Shown here: one piece after another, positions 17,119-43,217 of the stretch | Layout: each line of letters begins with the position of its first letter | Position numbering within the stretch: position 1 is the stretch's first letter | Assembly: GCF_009914755.1 (NCBI RefSeq) | Contig: NC_060926.1 | Source of the DNA: the human T2T-CHM13v2.0 reference genome, Homo sapiens | DNA: 64,000 nt | Direction: 5' to 3' (one strand) | Program-made: the position numbers and the translations under genes | Notes under the pieces: model-generated | What the model was told of the DNA's origin: nothing | What the model saw: the letters and a program-made list of their open reading frames with translations, nothing else | Databases searched by the model: none

Positions 17119-17508
17119 GACTAAAATAGAAATATTAAAAATGTATTATGTATAATGAGGGAAAAAAAGAACTGTTATTGGGTCCTTCAATCAATGGTTT
17201 TTAAACTATGCTTCAAGGATACAGAAGTGCTTTATGTGTGTGTCTGTGTATAGACATATATTCCAAGAAGCAACTTGGGGATTTATATGGACGGTAGGTT
17301 ATTATGTTCACCTTCTCCTCCTATCAAAAGATACATACTTAAGCTTATATGTTTTACATAGGTATCTATATAACCATATTTACCTGTTAGCTAACATTTA
17401 CTGAGCACTTTGCTAAGTGCTTTATACAAATTATGTCATTTAATGGTTTAACAACCATGTAAACTAAGCTCTCTTCATTATACCCATTTTGCAGATAAGG
17501 AAACTGAG
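17119..17508 (+). repeat. Local duplication copy B (intron 2)
   Basis: Near-identical to 14503-14884; truncated inside a MIR. Confidence 0.92.
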
Positions 17509-17796
17509 ACCAAAAGGGAGTACAGGAAGGGAGTCTTCAGAACTCCTGGGCTTCAGGCAGAAAACTAATAGCCTGTTTTCATGAGGATACCCAGATTGAA
17601 ACCAAGCTGAAAAGAGCTAGTTGTCATCACTTCATACAGACTCCCATCCCGGCTGGTGTGCACAGTCTCTGACCAGACCTATCAGGCTATGGAGATTCGG
17701 GAATCCATTTCCATTGTGTAAAATGTGACAACACTCACAGCAGCACAGTATTTTATGAGACGCATTCTGATTGTTTCCTTTACGCTGACTTTCTAG

Positions 17797-18106
17797 TTTT
17801 GTTTTGTTTTCTTGTTTTTGTTTTGATACAGGGTCTCACTGTGTCATCCAAGCTAGAGTTCAGTGGTGTGATCATGGCTCACTGCAGCCTTCACCTCCCT
17901 GGGATCAAGCGATCCTCCCATCTCAGCCTCCTAAGTAGCTGGGCCTAGAGGCTTGTGCTATCATGTCCTGCTAATTTTGTATTTTTTATAGAGATAGGGT
18001 TTCGCCGTGTTGTTCAGGCTGGTCTAGAATTTCTAGGCTCAAGGGATCTGTCTGCCTTGGCCTCCCAAAGTGCTGGGATGACAGGCTTGAGCCATGGCAC
18101 CTGGCT
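17797..18106 (-). mobile_element. AluJ
   Basis: TSD gactttctagtt. Confidence 0.88.
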
Positions 18107-18558
18107 GACTTTCTAGTTCTTAATTGTCAACCTTCTTTATTCTCCTCCTGATTTTGTAGTAATTTCTGATGTCACTGAAGCTGAAAGCTTATCTTGTGAT
18201 CAATGATTCCTTGTTTAAATAGGAATCCAGATTTATATGAGCTAGTACTCAATATTCAGTAAGATGGCATATTTTAATTATCTTATTTTTGATCATTACA
18301 AAGTTATGAAACCTTATATGCAGATGAACTATGTTAAAAACTTGTTTAAAGAGCTTCCCTTTTGGCTTAAACTGAAATAAAGTTTCCTTTAAAGTTCTAA
18401 CTATATTCATGTGTATATCTGGGTACAGTCAGCTAATGAGTTTATTTTGTCTAGTGGTTTTGTGGGTGCCTAATCCTAAAAACTATGAAGGTGAAGACTT
18501 ATTAATTTAATTAACTCTGTTGCATTACAGGAAATAATTCAGTAAATTAACTCCTTAG

Positions 18559-18879
<321 letters not shown>

Positions 18880-19544
18880 TAAACATACTTTATATAAATG
18901 TTATTTGTTATTAAATATGCACATTATAGAAATAATATATAAAATAAATGCACTGATAAAAAATCTGATGGAATTACTGGGGTTAACTGAAATTCACATA
19001 CCGTAAGTTAGAGATACTTGTCTGATTTCTTTACACATTTTTATTTTTGTTTTTCTAAACCCATGGTTACTTGACTATGCCTAGCTTGGATGAGTGGGTA
19101 AAAAAGAGAAAAATGCATGACTTGTCAGTTTGCTGTTTGTAGCCTTTTCAAAGGTCAACAGATCACAGTTCAGTAGCACAATCATATTTTCCACTTCACA
19201 GAAAGGGCCCAGAAGCAAATTTTTCTGAGGTGCTTTATGAAACATTACATTAAAAAGGCGTTTGAGAAAAAAAAAAGGGAGAAAATTCCAAACTCAGTGC
19301 AAATATTCATGTCTGGAGGAATTTTATAAATTTAAAAAAGTATAACTATTTAACTGCTAAAAACATTAACTAAACAGCCAGGCACTGTTACAACTTAATC
19401 AACTCTCGCATGCTGGGGCTTCAGTCATTTATGATTTGCAGATGAGCCAAGCGAGACCCAGAAATGCTGTGACTTCTCCATGGTTATAAAATATATGTAC
19501 ATTGAAAAAAAAAATAAAAACCCAAGCTTTTTGACTCTCAGTTT

Positions 19545-20555
<1,011 letters not shown>

Positions 20556-20905
20556 TCAGGGATGGTTACAGATGCTTTGAACTCCAGGTCTCTTAGGGTA
20601 ACCCCTCACCATAGTAAAGAGTTAGGAGCCTCTAAATCAATGAACTGTTTGCCTTAGCTGAACAGTGGTGTTGCTTAGGAGCTTAAAAAAAATCCTGATA
20701 CTTGGAGCCCATCCCAGGTGCAGCCTGAGGAGGGGGGGGAAGTTAAAGCTCCCCAGGTGGATCTGATGTGCAATCAAGATTGACAATCACTGCTATAAAG
20801 TGATTTAGCAAGTCATTTATCTTGTGTAGCCTGTGGATTCCCCCAACAATAGGGCATCCCCCAAGAATGATTCAGAGCTAGCCTCACAAAGGCTGCTGTA
20901 GATAC

Positions 20906-21360
20906 TGTGAAAAGAAAATACAGACTTGGCACCCCAATTCACTCTGCCAAAAGAAAAAAATTAAGCTGAAAGCTGAGTCATGCAAGCAACTGCCTTTCCT
21001 TTTATTCCTAAGCAGTTAGTCACAGAGAAAGGGTTATATAGCTCCACAGGTAGCTACTCTATGTTCACCTTATTTTATGTAAAAGTGCTGATTTACTGAG
21101 TGTGAGATGAATACAAAATTGATGATTCCCCTATCTGCACCTTTTCTCTTGCAACACGTGGATGACTGTACCCTCCCTTTCTCCTCCAGCCCCCTTTTCC
21201 CCTTTAAATGTTGAAGTCCTCAAAATCATCTTTGGAGAAAGGCACAGGTAACAGACTGTTTCTGTGATTCTGTGTTTATTTCTTCTGGGCACCTCCCTAC
21301 CCTTGGCTAAATTAACTTCCGGATTGATTGAGACCAGTCTCAGATATTTTGTGGTTTACA
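20906..21360 (+). mobile_element. ERV1 MER4-group solo LTR
   Basis: TG...CA termini, 4-bp TSD atac, MER4-type start tgtgaaaagaaaata and end tggtttaca. Confidence 0.82.
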
Positions 21361-21433
21361 ATACAAATGAGGTGATTACGTTTTATTAAAAGTTGGGACC
21401 TTCTGCAGGATGGTGATGAATTCATGCTACTCA

Positions 21434-21616
<183 letters not shown>

Positions 21617-22837
21617 TTACAATGATTAGAACGTAAAAACCATTTGTATTATTCATTTCAAGTATGTTTTCAGTTCTCATTTGATGTAATGGCAGGCAGT
21701 GTCATAGTAGACACAATTTTGGAGTCCCATGGACCAGGTTTAAAGCCAGTTCTACACTTACTGGCTGTTCAACCTTCAGTAAGTTACTTAATGTCTCTGA
21801 GTGTTGCATATTCTTCCTCTGTAAGATACAGACAATGGTCTGGCCTCCAGTGTTGTAGGATCAAATGAGATCATGTACATTAACGTGCATGTGGCATGCA
21901 GTACATGCTAAATAAAGGAGAGCTGTTACTGCGCGTTTCTGGCTTGGAAAGCTTCCCTGAGGCTGCTCAACAAATCTGCAGCCACCCTGTACCAGGAAGC
22001 TTGGGATAATGGACAATAATTTTAGGTAAATAGATAGAATAAAAGACCTTTCATTTATATAACTATGAGGCCTGCTGTGTTATGTTATGATTTCTGAAAC
22101 TCAGCAAAAAATGTTTATCTGGCAGGCAGCTTTCCCTGTAGAAAGATTAGTCTAAAATCTGAAATTCCACAGTCTGGAATTCAGGGACTCTCAAACAAAA
22201 TTCTGAACACACAGTTACCTGTCAATTAAATTAAGTATGACCATCACATTTCACCATGAGTTAGGGGTTCTTATTTTGGGGATCATCTTTAAAACCATAT
22301 CCAATAATTTCAGAACTAGTTTCTGTTGCTTATTTTCATAGGACTTATGAAACATAATATCTAAGACCAACTTATTGGATGGTTTGGAAAATATTGGGAC
22401 ATTTCATATCCTGGCCTTCTTCTGAGTCTTTTTTTGATGTTACTGCGTGCATACACTTCCAAGATTAAATCTACATGTGTTTTGTTTAACCCCTTACAAA
22501 TATATTTTTAAAAAAGAAAGAAAGCTGGATTTTAAGTGTTCTAGAAACACAGTTTTCCTTTACTAACTTATTGAGAAAAGTAGAATTACAACTGACGTAA
22601 AACTTGAAGCCCGACACTGAAATAAACCTACCTGCGTGTTTCCTATGACAAACAGTCCTAGTTTAACAAAACAATGCAGATTTGAAGAAGTCAGTTCAAC
22701 AATGTTACAGACAAAAATGATTTATCAGTAATTTTCTGACATACATAATGGTGCCTTTATTTAATTTTAAAACTATCCGTATTAATTCCCTTCCAGTAAA
22801 CATACACACTTGCACACACATGTGCCACACAACTTGA

Positions 22838-23548
<711 letters not shown>

Positions 23549-24131
23549 AGTTGAATGCCAGCCAAGATCAACAAGTCTCTGAATTGCATTCGAGCAATTA
23601 ATTACTAATTGGGAATCACTGAAAAGGCACAGATTCCAATCAGACACACATTGGCCTGGCATATGCATACTCGCACAAAACCGAAAAAGATTAGAGGCCG
23701 TTTATGTTTCCAGTATAAAATATATTATAAATATTTTAAATTCAGACAATTAGATATAAATATATGGCTTTCACCTTTAAGTGAAACAACTGAAAAACGT
23801 CATAGTGGTGGTTATCTCAGAGCATTGTTAAGGGAAGGAAATAAAATTAAATGAGATAATGTAAGGGAAAGCCCCTAGTATATCATAGATGCTTATTCAA
23901 TATTAATTGACAGTAAGAGTTATTTCATTTTCAAACTGAAACACATTAGCCATCATAGCATTATATTTATAATAACTTCCCAGGTTTAGTATCTCCAGCT
24001 GTATAAGATTTGACTTCATAGATTGCTGTGTGGTTAGGTTTAACTAGAAAATAGAAGAATAGGGAGTGTATATTCAGGAAAACTTGAATCTATGTTCCCA
24101 TGTTAAACAATTTTTTAAAAAAAGAAAATGC

Positions 24132-24736
<605 letters not shown>

Positions 24737-24874
24737 CTAAAATTTTTACCTTTAAAAGTATTCATAAATGTTAAACAAGCAGAGATTTATAATGGTACAT
24801 AATGAATTATAATGGTTAGGCAAACAGAGTTTGGGTCTAAATAAAGTTTTTTAAATGACAGTTTTTTTTTTTTT

Positions 24875-24968
24875 AAAGCCAGTTAAATTTAGCAGTCAGG
24901 GGTTGTATACCAACTTTAGTGACACTAATATTAATAAGTTCTGATAATCCACTACCACTGGACCAGCC
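24875..24968 (-). pseudogene. Y4 RNA (RNY4-derived) processed pseudogene
   Basis: Minus strand GGCTGGTCCAGTGGTAGTGGATTATCAGAACTTATT...GGTATACAACCCC...CTGGCTTT matches hY4 with ~7 differences (recalled sequence); poly(A) tail at 24862-24874; degenerate TSD aaatga(t)ca. Confidence 0.92.
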
Positions 24969-25019
24969 AAAATGATCAATTTTTAAAATACTCCAAATGT
25001 TTAAAATATTTAAATTGTT

Positions 25020-25620
<601 letters not shown>

Positions 25621-25737
25621 AAATAGTAGCTAGTAACATCCAATATCGAATGTTACAACAATATAAAACATCACTTACAGTGGGGAATTGTCATTTGATA
25701 ACGATTCAGTTTTACGACAGGTCACACATGAACATAC

Positions 25738-25996
25738 CCACTATCAAGGTGATGCCCATGCTGAGGGAGCTGACCCAGGCGGTCAGGCCGCGGCTCTGGT
25801 GGAATTCTTCCAGCCATTCCACGTTGAGGACACCCAGGGCCATCTGGGAGCCCATGATGAGGATGTGCACAAAGAAAGAGGAGAGCACCATCATCCAAGC
25901 CCATCCGCCATCAATGTTTGGGTGGGGCTTCAGTGTCTTTTTGTCTTTGGGGCCATCTTCAAAATCATACCCAATATCTTCATGACTGGTATACAT
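25738..25996 (-). CDS. SLC16A14: SLC16A14 exon 2 coding part (MYTSHEDIGY...PNIDGGWAW...ITLIVG); exon starts at 26010
   Basis: Acceptor tttcag at 26011-26012, ATG at 25996 (aaaATG), MCT N-terminal DGGWAW motif, donor G|gtatgt at 25738/25737; spliced CDS 259+144+978+152=1533 nt. Confidence 0.96.
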
Positions 25997-26739
25997 TTTC
26001 CAAGATTTTTCTGAAATACATATAACAAATAATTTCATGGAACATCAAAAGGAAAAATATCTTCATCTTCTTTGTGCAGCTCTACCTCCCCATCAGGGTC
26101 AAAGTGGCTCCAGTATCACATCTGATCTTCAGGTTAATCTTTGTCACCATACAGATTTGAAAACACTCCTTACTGTTTCCCAGGAGCAAGTGCTTCTATG
26201 AAACCTGTTTCATCTTACAGCCATCACATATATAGGTATTACAATCTTGGGAATAGACTCAGAGAAGTAAGGTGATTTTCTAAGGCCTGTATTTAGTATG
26301 GTCAATTGGGAAACTAGGATTTGACCCCAGTTAGTCCTGACTCCAAAGCCCATACCCTGTCTCCCTTATAGAGATGGATACTGACAGGTGACAAGAAAGA
26401 TGTCAAAGAAGGAAGATCTGGCTTCAGGCAGCCTTTCAGTGTAGCTTCACCTTGGTGGGGTCCCTAGCAGAGGATCTGGTTCTCAGTTTTTGTGGGTGCA
26501 AGTGTTAATTTGTTCAGTGCAGCCAGAGTGGATTAGCCTCAGGGGGTCTGGCTCATACTAACCCAGCTCAGGAGAGACTGATAAGTCCAATTGATTACAA
26601 TGAAAGACATAGCTTTCTAATAATGGTGGTACTTATGTCTCATTATACAAGACTCATACTTTACTCCCCTCCACCCAACCCCATTCCTAGTATTTACACA
26701 GGGAACTTAATTAGTTACTAGAAAATTACTTCAAAAATA

Positions 26740-27640
<901 letters not shown>

Positions 27641-28379
27641 GGAAAAGACTGTTGCCTACAACAAGTGGAAATGATTGCTGGGCAGTTCCAAAGGTCAAGT
27701 TGAGCCCTGCAGGGTCCCACTGCCCAGCTATGGCCATGGAGCACCAAGGACAGAGCCAGGGAGCACTCTGCCCCGGAGCTTGCAATAAGCTGGAGGACTT
27801 AAAAACAACAAACAACTAAAAGTTGGTCTGCTTTCTAAATCATCACTACATGCCAGCAATTCTAGACAATTACACTGAAAAAATGTTTAGCTGGTCTAAG
27901 TTCCAATTATGTTGAATTTTAATTATGTATATGTATGCTTCAAATTAGCTGGTTCTAATTTCTCATCCTTTTGTAAACATTGTATTCTACATGGAAGTTA
28001 TTTCAAGAACTCCTGGTTTTACAGTTGACCCTGGCACATGTGTAGTCCCAGCTACACACATTATTTGGGAGAGGAAGCCCCTAAGAGTTCAGAATTGTTG
28101 GCAAAACAATACCCACTTGGCAAAATCCACACCCACAACCCCTGTGGTGTTATGTGTTGCTGCCTTTCTCAGAACACTCTAGGTGAACTGTGCCAGCACA
28201 ACTATTGTCCAGAAAAAGAACCAGATCTCAAGTCACTTCACTTGTGTCACTCTATGTACTCACTTGGAGATTCTAGTTTACAATTTAAAATAGTGAAACA
28301 GTGAAGACTGCGAGGTACAAAACCTTGGTTTGGAAAGTGACATTTTAAATTAATACTTGAAATGTTTTACTCAATTTGA

Positions 28380-33571
<5,192 letters not shown>

Positions 33572-34166
33572 AAGTCATTCATTTTTAATTTGGCTATTGT
33601 TATTACATTGCATGTGGTGAGCTCATTACACATAAGGAAAGCGGGAAGCACAAAGCTAAAATTGAAATTACAGTCTTCCCCAAAGCTACGCAGAGCGTGG
33701 TGGTAGCGGCTCTGCATCCCACGCAGGTGAGTGCGGGCTTCACCTTTAATTCTGCTCTGCAGGCGCTTCCGCGCTCTTCACCTGGTGTGTACAGGGCATT
33801 TGGGGCCTTTAGAGGGCGCACTTGCGGCCAGCAGGCTGAAGAGGCTGCCGCGGAGAAGGCTGGGGAGCGGAGCTGAGCTGAGCTGGTGCAGACAGCATAG
33901 GAGAAAAACAGAACCGAAAAATTCACACCGAATTAGGAGGACTCAACACATACATGCTTCGCTCTGGGTCAGGGACTGTGCTTGGTGGCTTCTCCTCCAG
34001 TCCAATTGGCATGAATGTCCGCATTTTACAGAGGAAGAATCTGAGCCATCAAATGGGAGCAATGAAGCTTAGAAAGGTTAAACTAGCAGGCTGTGGAAAC
34101 CAAATCGGAACCCAGGCCTGCAGGATCCCAAGCCTGTTTTACCTCCTCCCACCCCCAACACTGCCT

Positions 34167-34179
34167 CTCTCCCCTCTCT

Positions 34180-34216
<37 letters not shown>

Positions 34217-34235
34217 GCCGCACACGCACGCACAT
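34167..34235. repeat. Compound (CT)n(CA)n microsatellite near promoter
   Basis: Direct reading. Confidence 0.9.
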
Positions 34236-34399
34236 GCAAACAAAGAAGCCAGACAAGGCAAAGGAGAATCTCTCTAAGCCCCAATAATGGCCCTCAGTCA
34301 TCCTTGTTAATGAGCCCGAATCAACTTTTCCTCAGAAAGAAAATGGCTTAATTGGAAAGCAGAGTTCAGCTCCTAAAACATCGTCATGGCCTTGGCAGC

Positions 34400-35470
34400 G
34401 TTTAGCCCCGAAATGGCCGTCCCCGGTCTCTCACCCCATTTCAGCCTCTCTTGAGGAGCCTCAATCGGAAGCGCTAAGGGGGCCCAGCCTCTGCGCGCCC
34501 TGGGTGCGGGATCGTGCCCGCGGGGTCCGGCCTCGCGCCCCACCCTTCGAGCGCCCGCCCCCACCCGCGCTCGGTGCTCCCGCTCCCTTGGCACCCCGAG
34601 ACCACATCCCCACTTCGGGCACCCCGCATCCCTCGGCGCGTTCGGAAGCCAGCAGCCCACCGGGGAAGCTGGGCCGGCTGCAGCACCACAGCCTGTGCAG
34701 AGAGGCATCCGCACCCCGCGAAGTCCCTAGGCGCAGCCCCGGGTCCCCCGCTCTGCGCCTCATCACTGTCCAGTTCGAGTCCCAAACGGGCCTAGAGAGC
34801 AGCCGGGCAGCGAGGCTGGGCTCCGGGCAGAACGCGCTTCTCCAGCCGGACGGGGGTGCCCAGGATGACGCTCGCGGGGCCCCGGCCAGCTTGAGCAGCA
34901 AGGCGCGCGTCCCCAAGCTCCGCCTGGCGGTCTGCCCTGAACCGCCGGTTACCCTGCCCGCCCGCAGCTCCCAAGCCCCCGCGGCGGCCTTGGCACTACC
35001 ACCTGCCCCGGCACAGTCTCGCCCTCCACCGCCCGGGCAGCCTTTCCCGAGCCTGCCTTGGGCTGGGGCTGCCCCTTCCCGGGGGTCCCTGGGGGTGCAG
35101 CGGCCATCTGAAACCTAGGCTCCGATGCCCCCGGCGTCGCTCCATTCCCCAGGCCCGCGGCGCGCGCGGCCTCGGATACTCACCGCCCGAGGCCCGCTGG
35201 GCTGCGGCCTCACTCGGCTCCACGCCCGGATCCTCGAACTTGCTGCTCTGCTTGGAGCCCCCTGAGCTGCTGGGTGTAGAGATTTGTTGCAATGTCGCCT
35301 ATCATCCTGGAGACGCGGGTGCCTGCGGCTCAGCTCTCCGCCCGGCTCGGTGCGCTCTGTGAGGGGCTCCCGGGCTCTTCCGCCGCTCGCTGCCAGGCCA
35401 GGTGAGCGTTTGGTGGAGCTGAAAGCTCGACGCCTCAGTCCAGGTGGCTTTAAAACGGGTGCGTTTGGAG
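34400..35470. promoter_or_regulatory. CpG island / SLC16A14 promoter region
   Basis: Very high GC and CpG density, GC boxes, overlaps exon 1 and start of intron 1. Confidence 0.9.
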
Positions 35471-35585
35471 GTGCCCAAACCTAACCTGGGCTTCCTTCCA
35501 ATCGGAGCAATTTCAAATCTTCATGCTCGTTCATTCCTATACCGGCTAATTCTGGTTTGGCAGGGAAAAAAAATGCAGTCACCTC
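35184..35585 (-). other. SLC16A14: SLC16A14 non-coding exon 1 (5' end uncertain)
   Basis: Consensus donor GCG|gtgagt at 35184/35183 within CpG island; minus-strand TATAAA at 35614-35619 suggests a start near 35585. Confidence 0.7.
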
Positions 35586-36151
35586 ACATGCACACTCTTG
35601 TGGCCGGTTGAAGTTTATAGCTTTGGCTGAGGTTCCGCTAAGGCGCTGCACATTTATCACTGGCGGAAAGGTCCTGAAATCTAATCCAGGATGCAAGTGA
35701 GACTAGCAGTAGCCTCCATTTCTCTGAGATGGGAGAGAAGGGATGAAACAGACCCTCACTGAAATATTTTTGGCCAAAGAGGACTCAAAGTCCCTTATTC
35801 TCTCTCTTTTAGAGACACGGGTTTCACTATATTGCCAGGCTGGTCTCGAACACTTGGACTCAAGGAATCCTCTGGCCTTGGCCTCCAAAGTGCTGGGATC
35901 ACAAGCTGAGCCACCGTGACCGGCCAGTCCCTCATTCTTGTTTCCACCCTGGGTCCCACCTCTCCCTGCTCTTTCTGCACGTCCATTACCTACCTTCGTG
36001 GGCACCAGGCACAACTTTCATCTCAATACCTCCCTACCTCATTCCCAGCAGGGCACACAACATAGTGCTTTGCCTTGGACAGTTTTCTGTATTATTGAAG
36101 TGAATGTGTGAGTCGATGAAGCCTGTGCTGTTTTTTCCCGCCTGAAGGTTT

Positions 36152-36665
36152 TGCAGTAATTCTCTGCTGCTGTTGTGATAAACTGCCACAGTAATAGCAG
36201 AGGAAAACCACACAAATTCACTATTTTACAGTTCTGGAGGTCGGAAGTTTGAAATGGGTCATACTAGGCTGAGATCATGGTGTTGGCCACCTTGAAGGCT
36301 GTGTTCCTTCTCGTGGCTGTAGGGGAGAGCCACCAGCTTCTGCAGGCCGCCCACATTCCTTGGCTGGTGGCTCTTCCTCCATCTTCAAAGCCAGCACTGC
36401 TGCGTCATTTTGTCTTCTTTCCATACTCACATTGCCTTGTCTCCCCTTTTCTGCCCCCACCCCTGTCCACTTTTAAGGACCCTGGGGATTACATTGAGTC
36501 CAATGAGATAATCCAGATAATCTCTCTATTTTAAGGTCAGCTGATTAGCAACCTTAATTCCATCTGCAACCTTAATTCCCCTCTTGCCATGTAAGGTAAC
36601 AAATTCACATGTTCCAGGGATTAGGATGTGGACATCTTTGGGAGACCATTATTCTGCCTACCACA
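36152..36665 (-). mobile_element. MaLR MLT1(C/D-like) solo LTR ~0.6 kb upstream of the promoter
   Basis: Ends attctgcctaccaca; TSD ggttt/gattt. Confidence 0.8.
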
Positions 36666-36759
36666 GATTTCCTTCTTTCTTCTTTTCCTTTTTCTTTTCT
36701 TCCTTCTTTTTCGTTTCTTTGAAAAAAAATTCACATGTATTTCACATTGCCTTCCTCGG

Positions 36760-38570
<1,811 letters not shown>

Positions 38571-39639
38571 TCCATCTTCAATTAGAATGTAAAATATAAG
38601 CGCTAAACTCTTTTCATGTATCTGAAGTAGAGAAACCTGACATTCTCCCTTGATTTTTAGGCAAATTATATATTTTCTCTCAATAGCAATCTTACCTTTA
38701 ATTGAATTGCATTAGCTAACAACCTTACATCTTAAGAATGTAAACTAATTCACATGCTGCCTGTAAAAGCCTCCTCTCTTAGTTCTAATCATGTACTCAA
38801 TTGATTTCATAATCCCACCTTGGAGTTGGGGTGAAACTGAGAATTTGGACAATCTTTGCCTTAATTTTGGTGGTTTAATGGTGTAGAATAGGCACAGAGT
38901 GGGATAGAATTAGCTTTTGAGAAAGTTGCTAGCACAGAACATTGAAGGGGTTAGAGAAATGCCTTAAAGTGTCACCGTGACTGCCTCATTGTTGTAGCCA
39001 GCCCAGATGTAAAGATGACCCACAACCCACATGGTCACCAAGAATATCCTCTGTCTCTCAGTATGGCCCTGTTCCCCACTCCTCTGAGTTTAATGTGGGA
39101 GATCAAAGACTAGAATCCAGAACACAAGTGCCTGAAATGCAAGTGTGCTCAGAAATCACAGGGCAAGCCACACGCTGCACAGCCAGGCAAAGTTTTATGA
39201 AGGAGGAAGGAAATGCTTTCTCTTACACAGGGCCAGAAATCCAGTGCTGTGCCCAAATCCGTGCCACCTCTTGGCTTGGTGGGTCAGTCTGTGCCCCCCC
39301 AGGATTCTCCCTGTGACTGGATTTATCTTTCCGTAAGTGCAGATGCTTTTACCAAGTGGGGACCTTGGTTACATCTGGTCTTGGCAGGTATCTTCAGTCT
39401 TCGCCTGCTGCCAAACCAGCCTCCAGGGATTTTGGACTTCAGCATGGCTTATGGGGACAGAAGGAGGTTGCAGGGCTGATAGCAGCCTTCAGCAGCCTGG
39501 AGTCTCATGAGAACCACCACACTGAGATGACATTGGTCATGGCTTCTGGGTGCCTCATAAATTTCAGATTTCAGCAAGGCCTCATTTTTATGCTTTATCC
39601 ATGAACCATATGTGCTAGTAGTTACTTTTCAGCTATTCA

Positions 39640-40592
<953 letters not shown>

Positions 40593-41018
40593 TTACTATT
40601 TTAATATGGCATACATAGTTACTCTTTTAATAGTTACTACTTTTAATAGTTACATGGGATACATAGTTACATGGGATACATAATTACTATTTTAATGTGG
40701 CATACATAGTAGTCATACAATGGAATATTATACAGCAATCAAAAGGATCAACTCCATTAATACACCATATGTTTGAATCTTAGAAATTACATATTAAGCA
40801 GAAAAAAGCATAATACTCTTTATGCAAAATTACAAAACTTAAACCAAATATTTTTGGAATGCATCTAGGTGCAGTGCAACTATCCAAAAAGAGAAGCAAG
40901 GAAAGATGAACATGGGACTTAGGTCAGGGATGACAGGGAGAAGGGATGGGTATGATTAGATGTGCCTTGTTGTGCTGGCTTCGTGGACACTTATTTAATT
41001 ATTAAAATCAATTAACTT

Positions 41019-42565
<1,547 letters not shown>

Positions 42566-43217
42566 AACACCAGTGGGCCTTACAGCCCAGGCAGATTCTG
42601 TAACCCTGGTTCACCAGGCCAGTCCCCAGCTGGGCCTACATTGTCTCCTCTGCAAGAAAGGATCAGGAGATATCAATGTATTGCCAAGACCAAATACCAG
42701 CATTAGAGAACTTTTAGGACTGTGTAATCAGTGATTATGAAAATAAAGAGCTCTCCTCTTCCTTGTTGCGAAGTAGCAGAGCATTTATGGTGAAAGCCAA
42801 GAATGCACAGAGTTGAGCTGTTTCCGAGGTCAGCCAGACCAAAAGCCCAGCTCCTCCATCTGTGTGTACTTGGCCTGGCATCAGCGCTGGAGTGGGTGTA
42901 ATACCAGCACCTACATCAAAGGGTTGTTGTGAGGATTAAATAAGACAACACACGGACAGCACTGTGCCTGGCACATCATTAGGGGACTTATATTTAAAGT
43001 AGTGATAAGAGCGTCATCCAAGCCTATTCCACCTGAGAGAGAGAATTGCCTGACACGAGAACCCTCTTGAGAGGCAGCATATATTAGTCATTAAGAGTAT
43101 AAAGCCTGGAGCCTCACTGCTGAACTGCAATCCCAGCTTTCACCACTCACCTCTTTATCTGTTAATGAGGTTGCTGAGCATCTCTACATCTCAGTGTCAT
43201 CTTCCGTAAGACGAAAA

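Noticed and set aside
25997-26038. N-terminal extension MKLFVICISEKSWK of SLC16A14
   Set aside because: The upstream ATG lies in intron 1 beyond the acceptor at 26011
34373-35484. Overlapping ORFs up to 204 aa in the CpG island
   Set aside because: GC-rich stop-poor DNA, mostly non-ATG starts, low-complexity P/A/R/G composition, no recognisable domain
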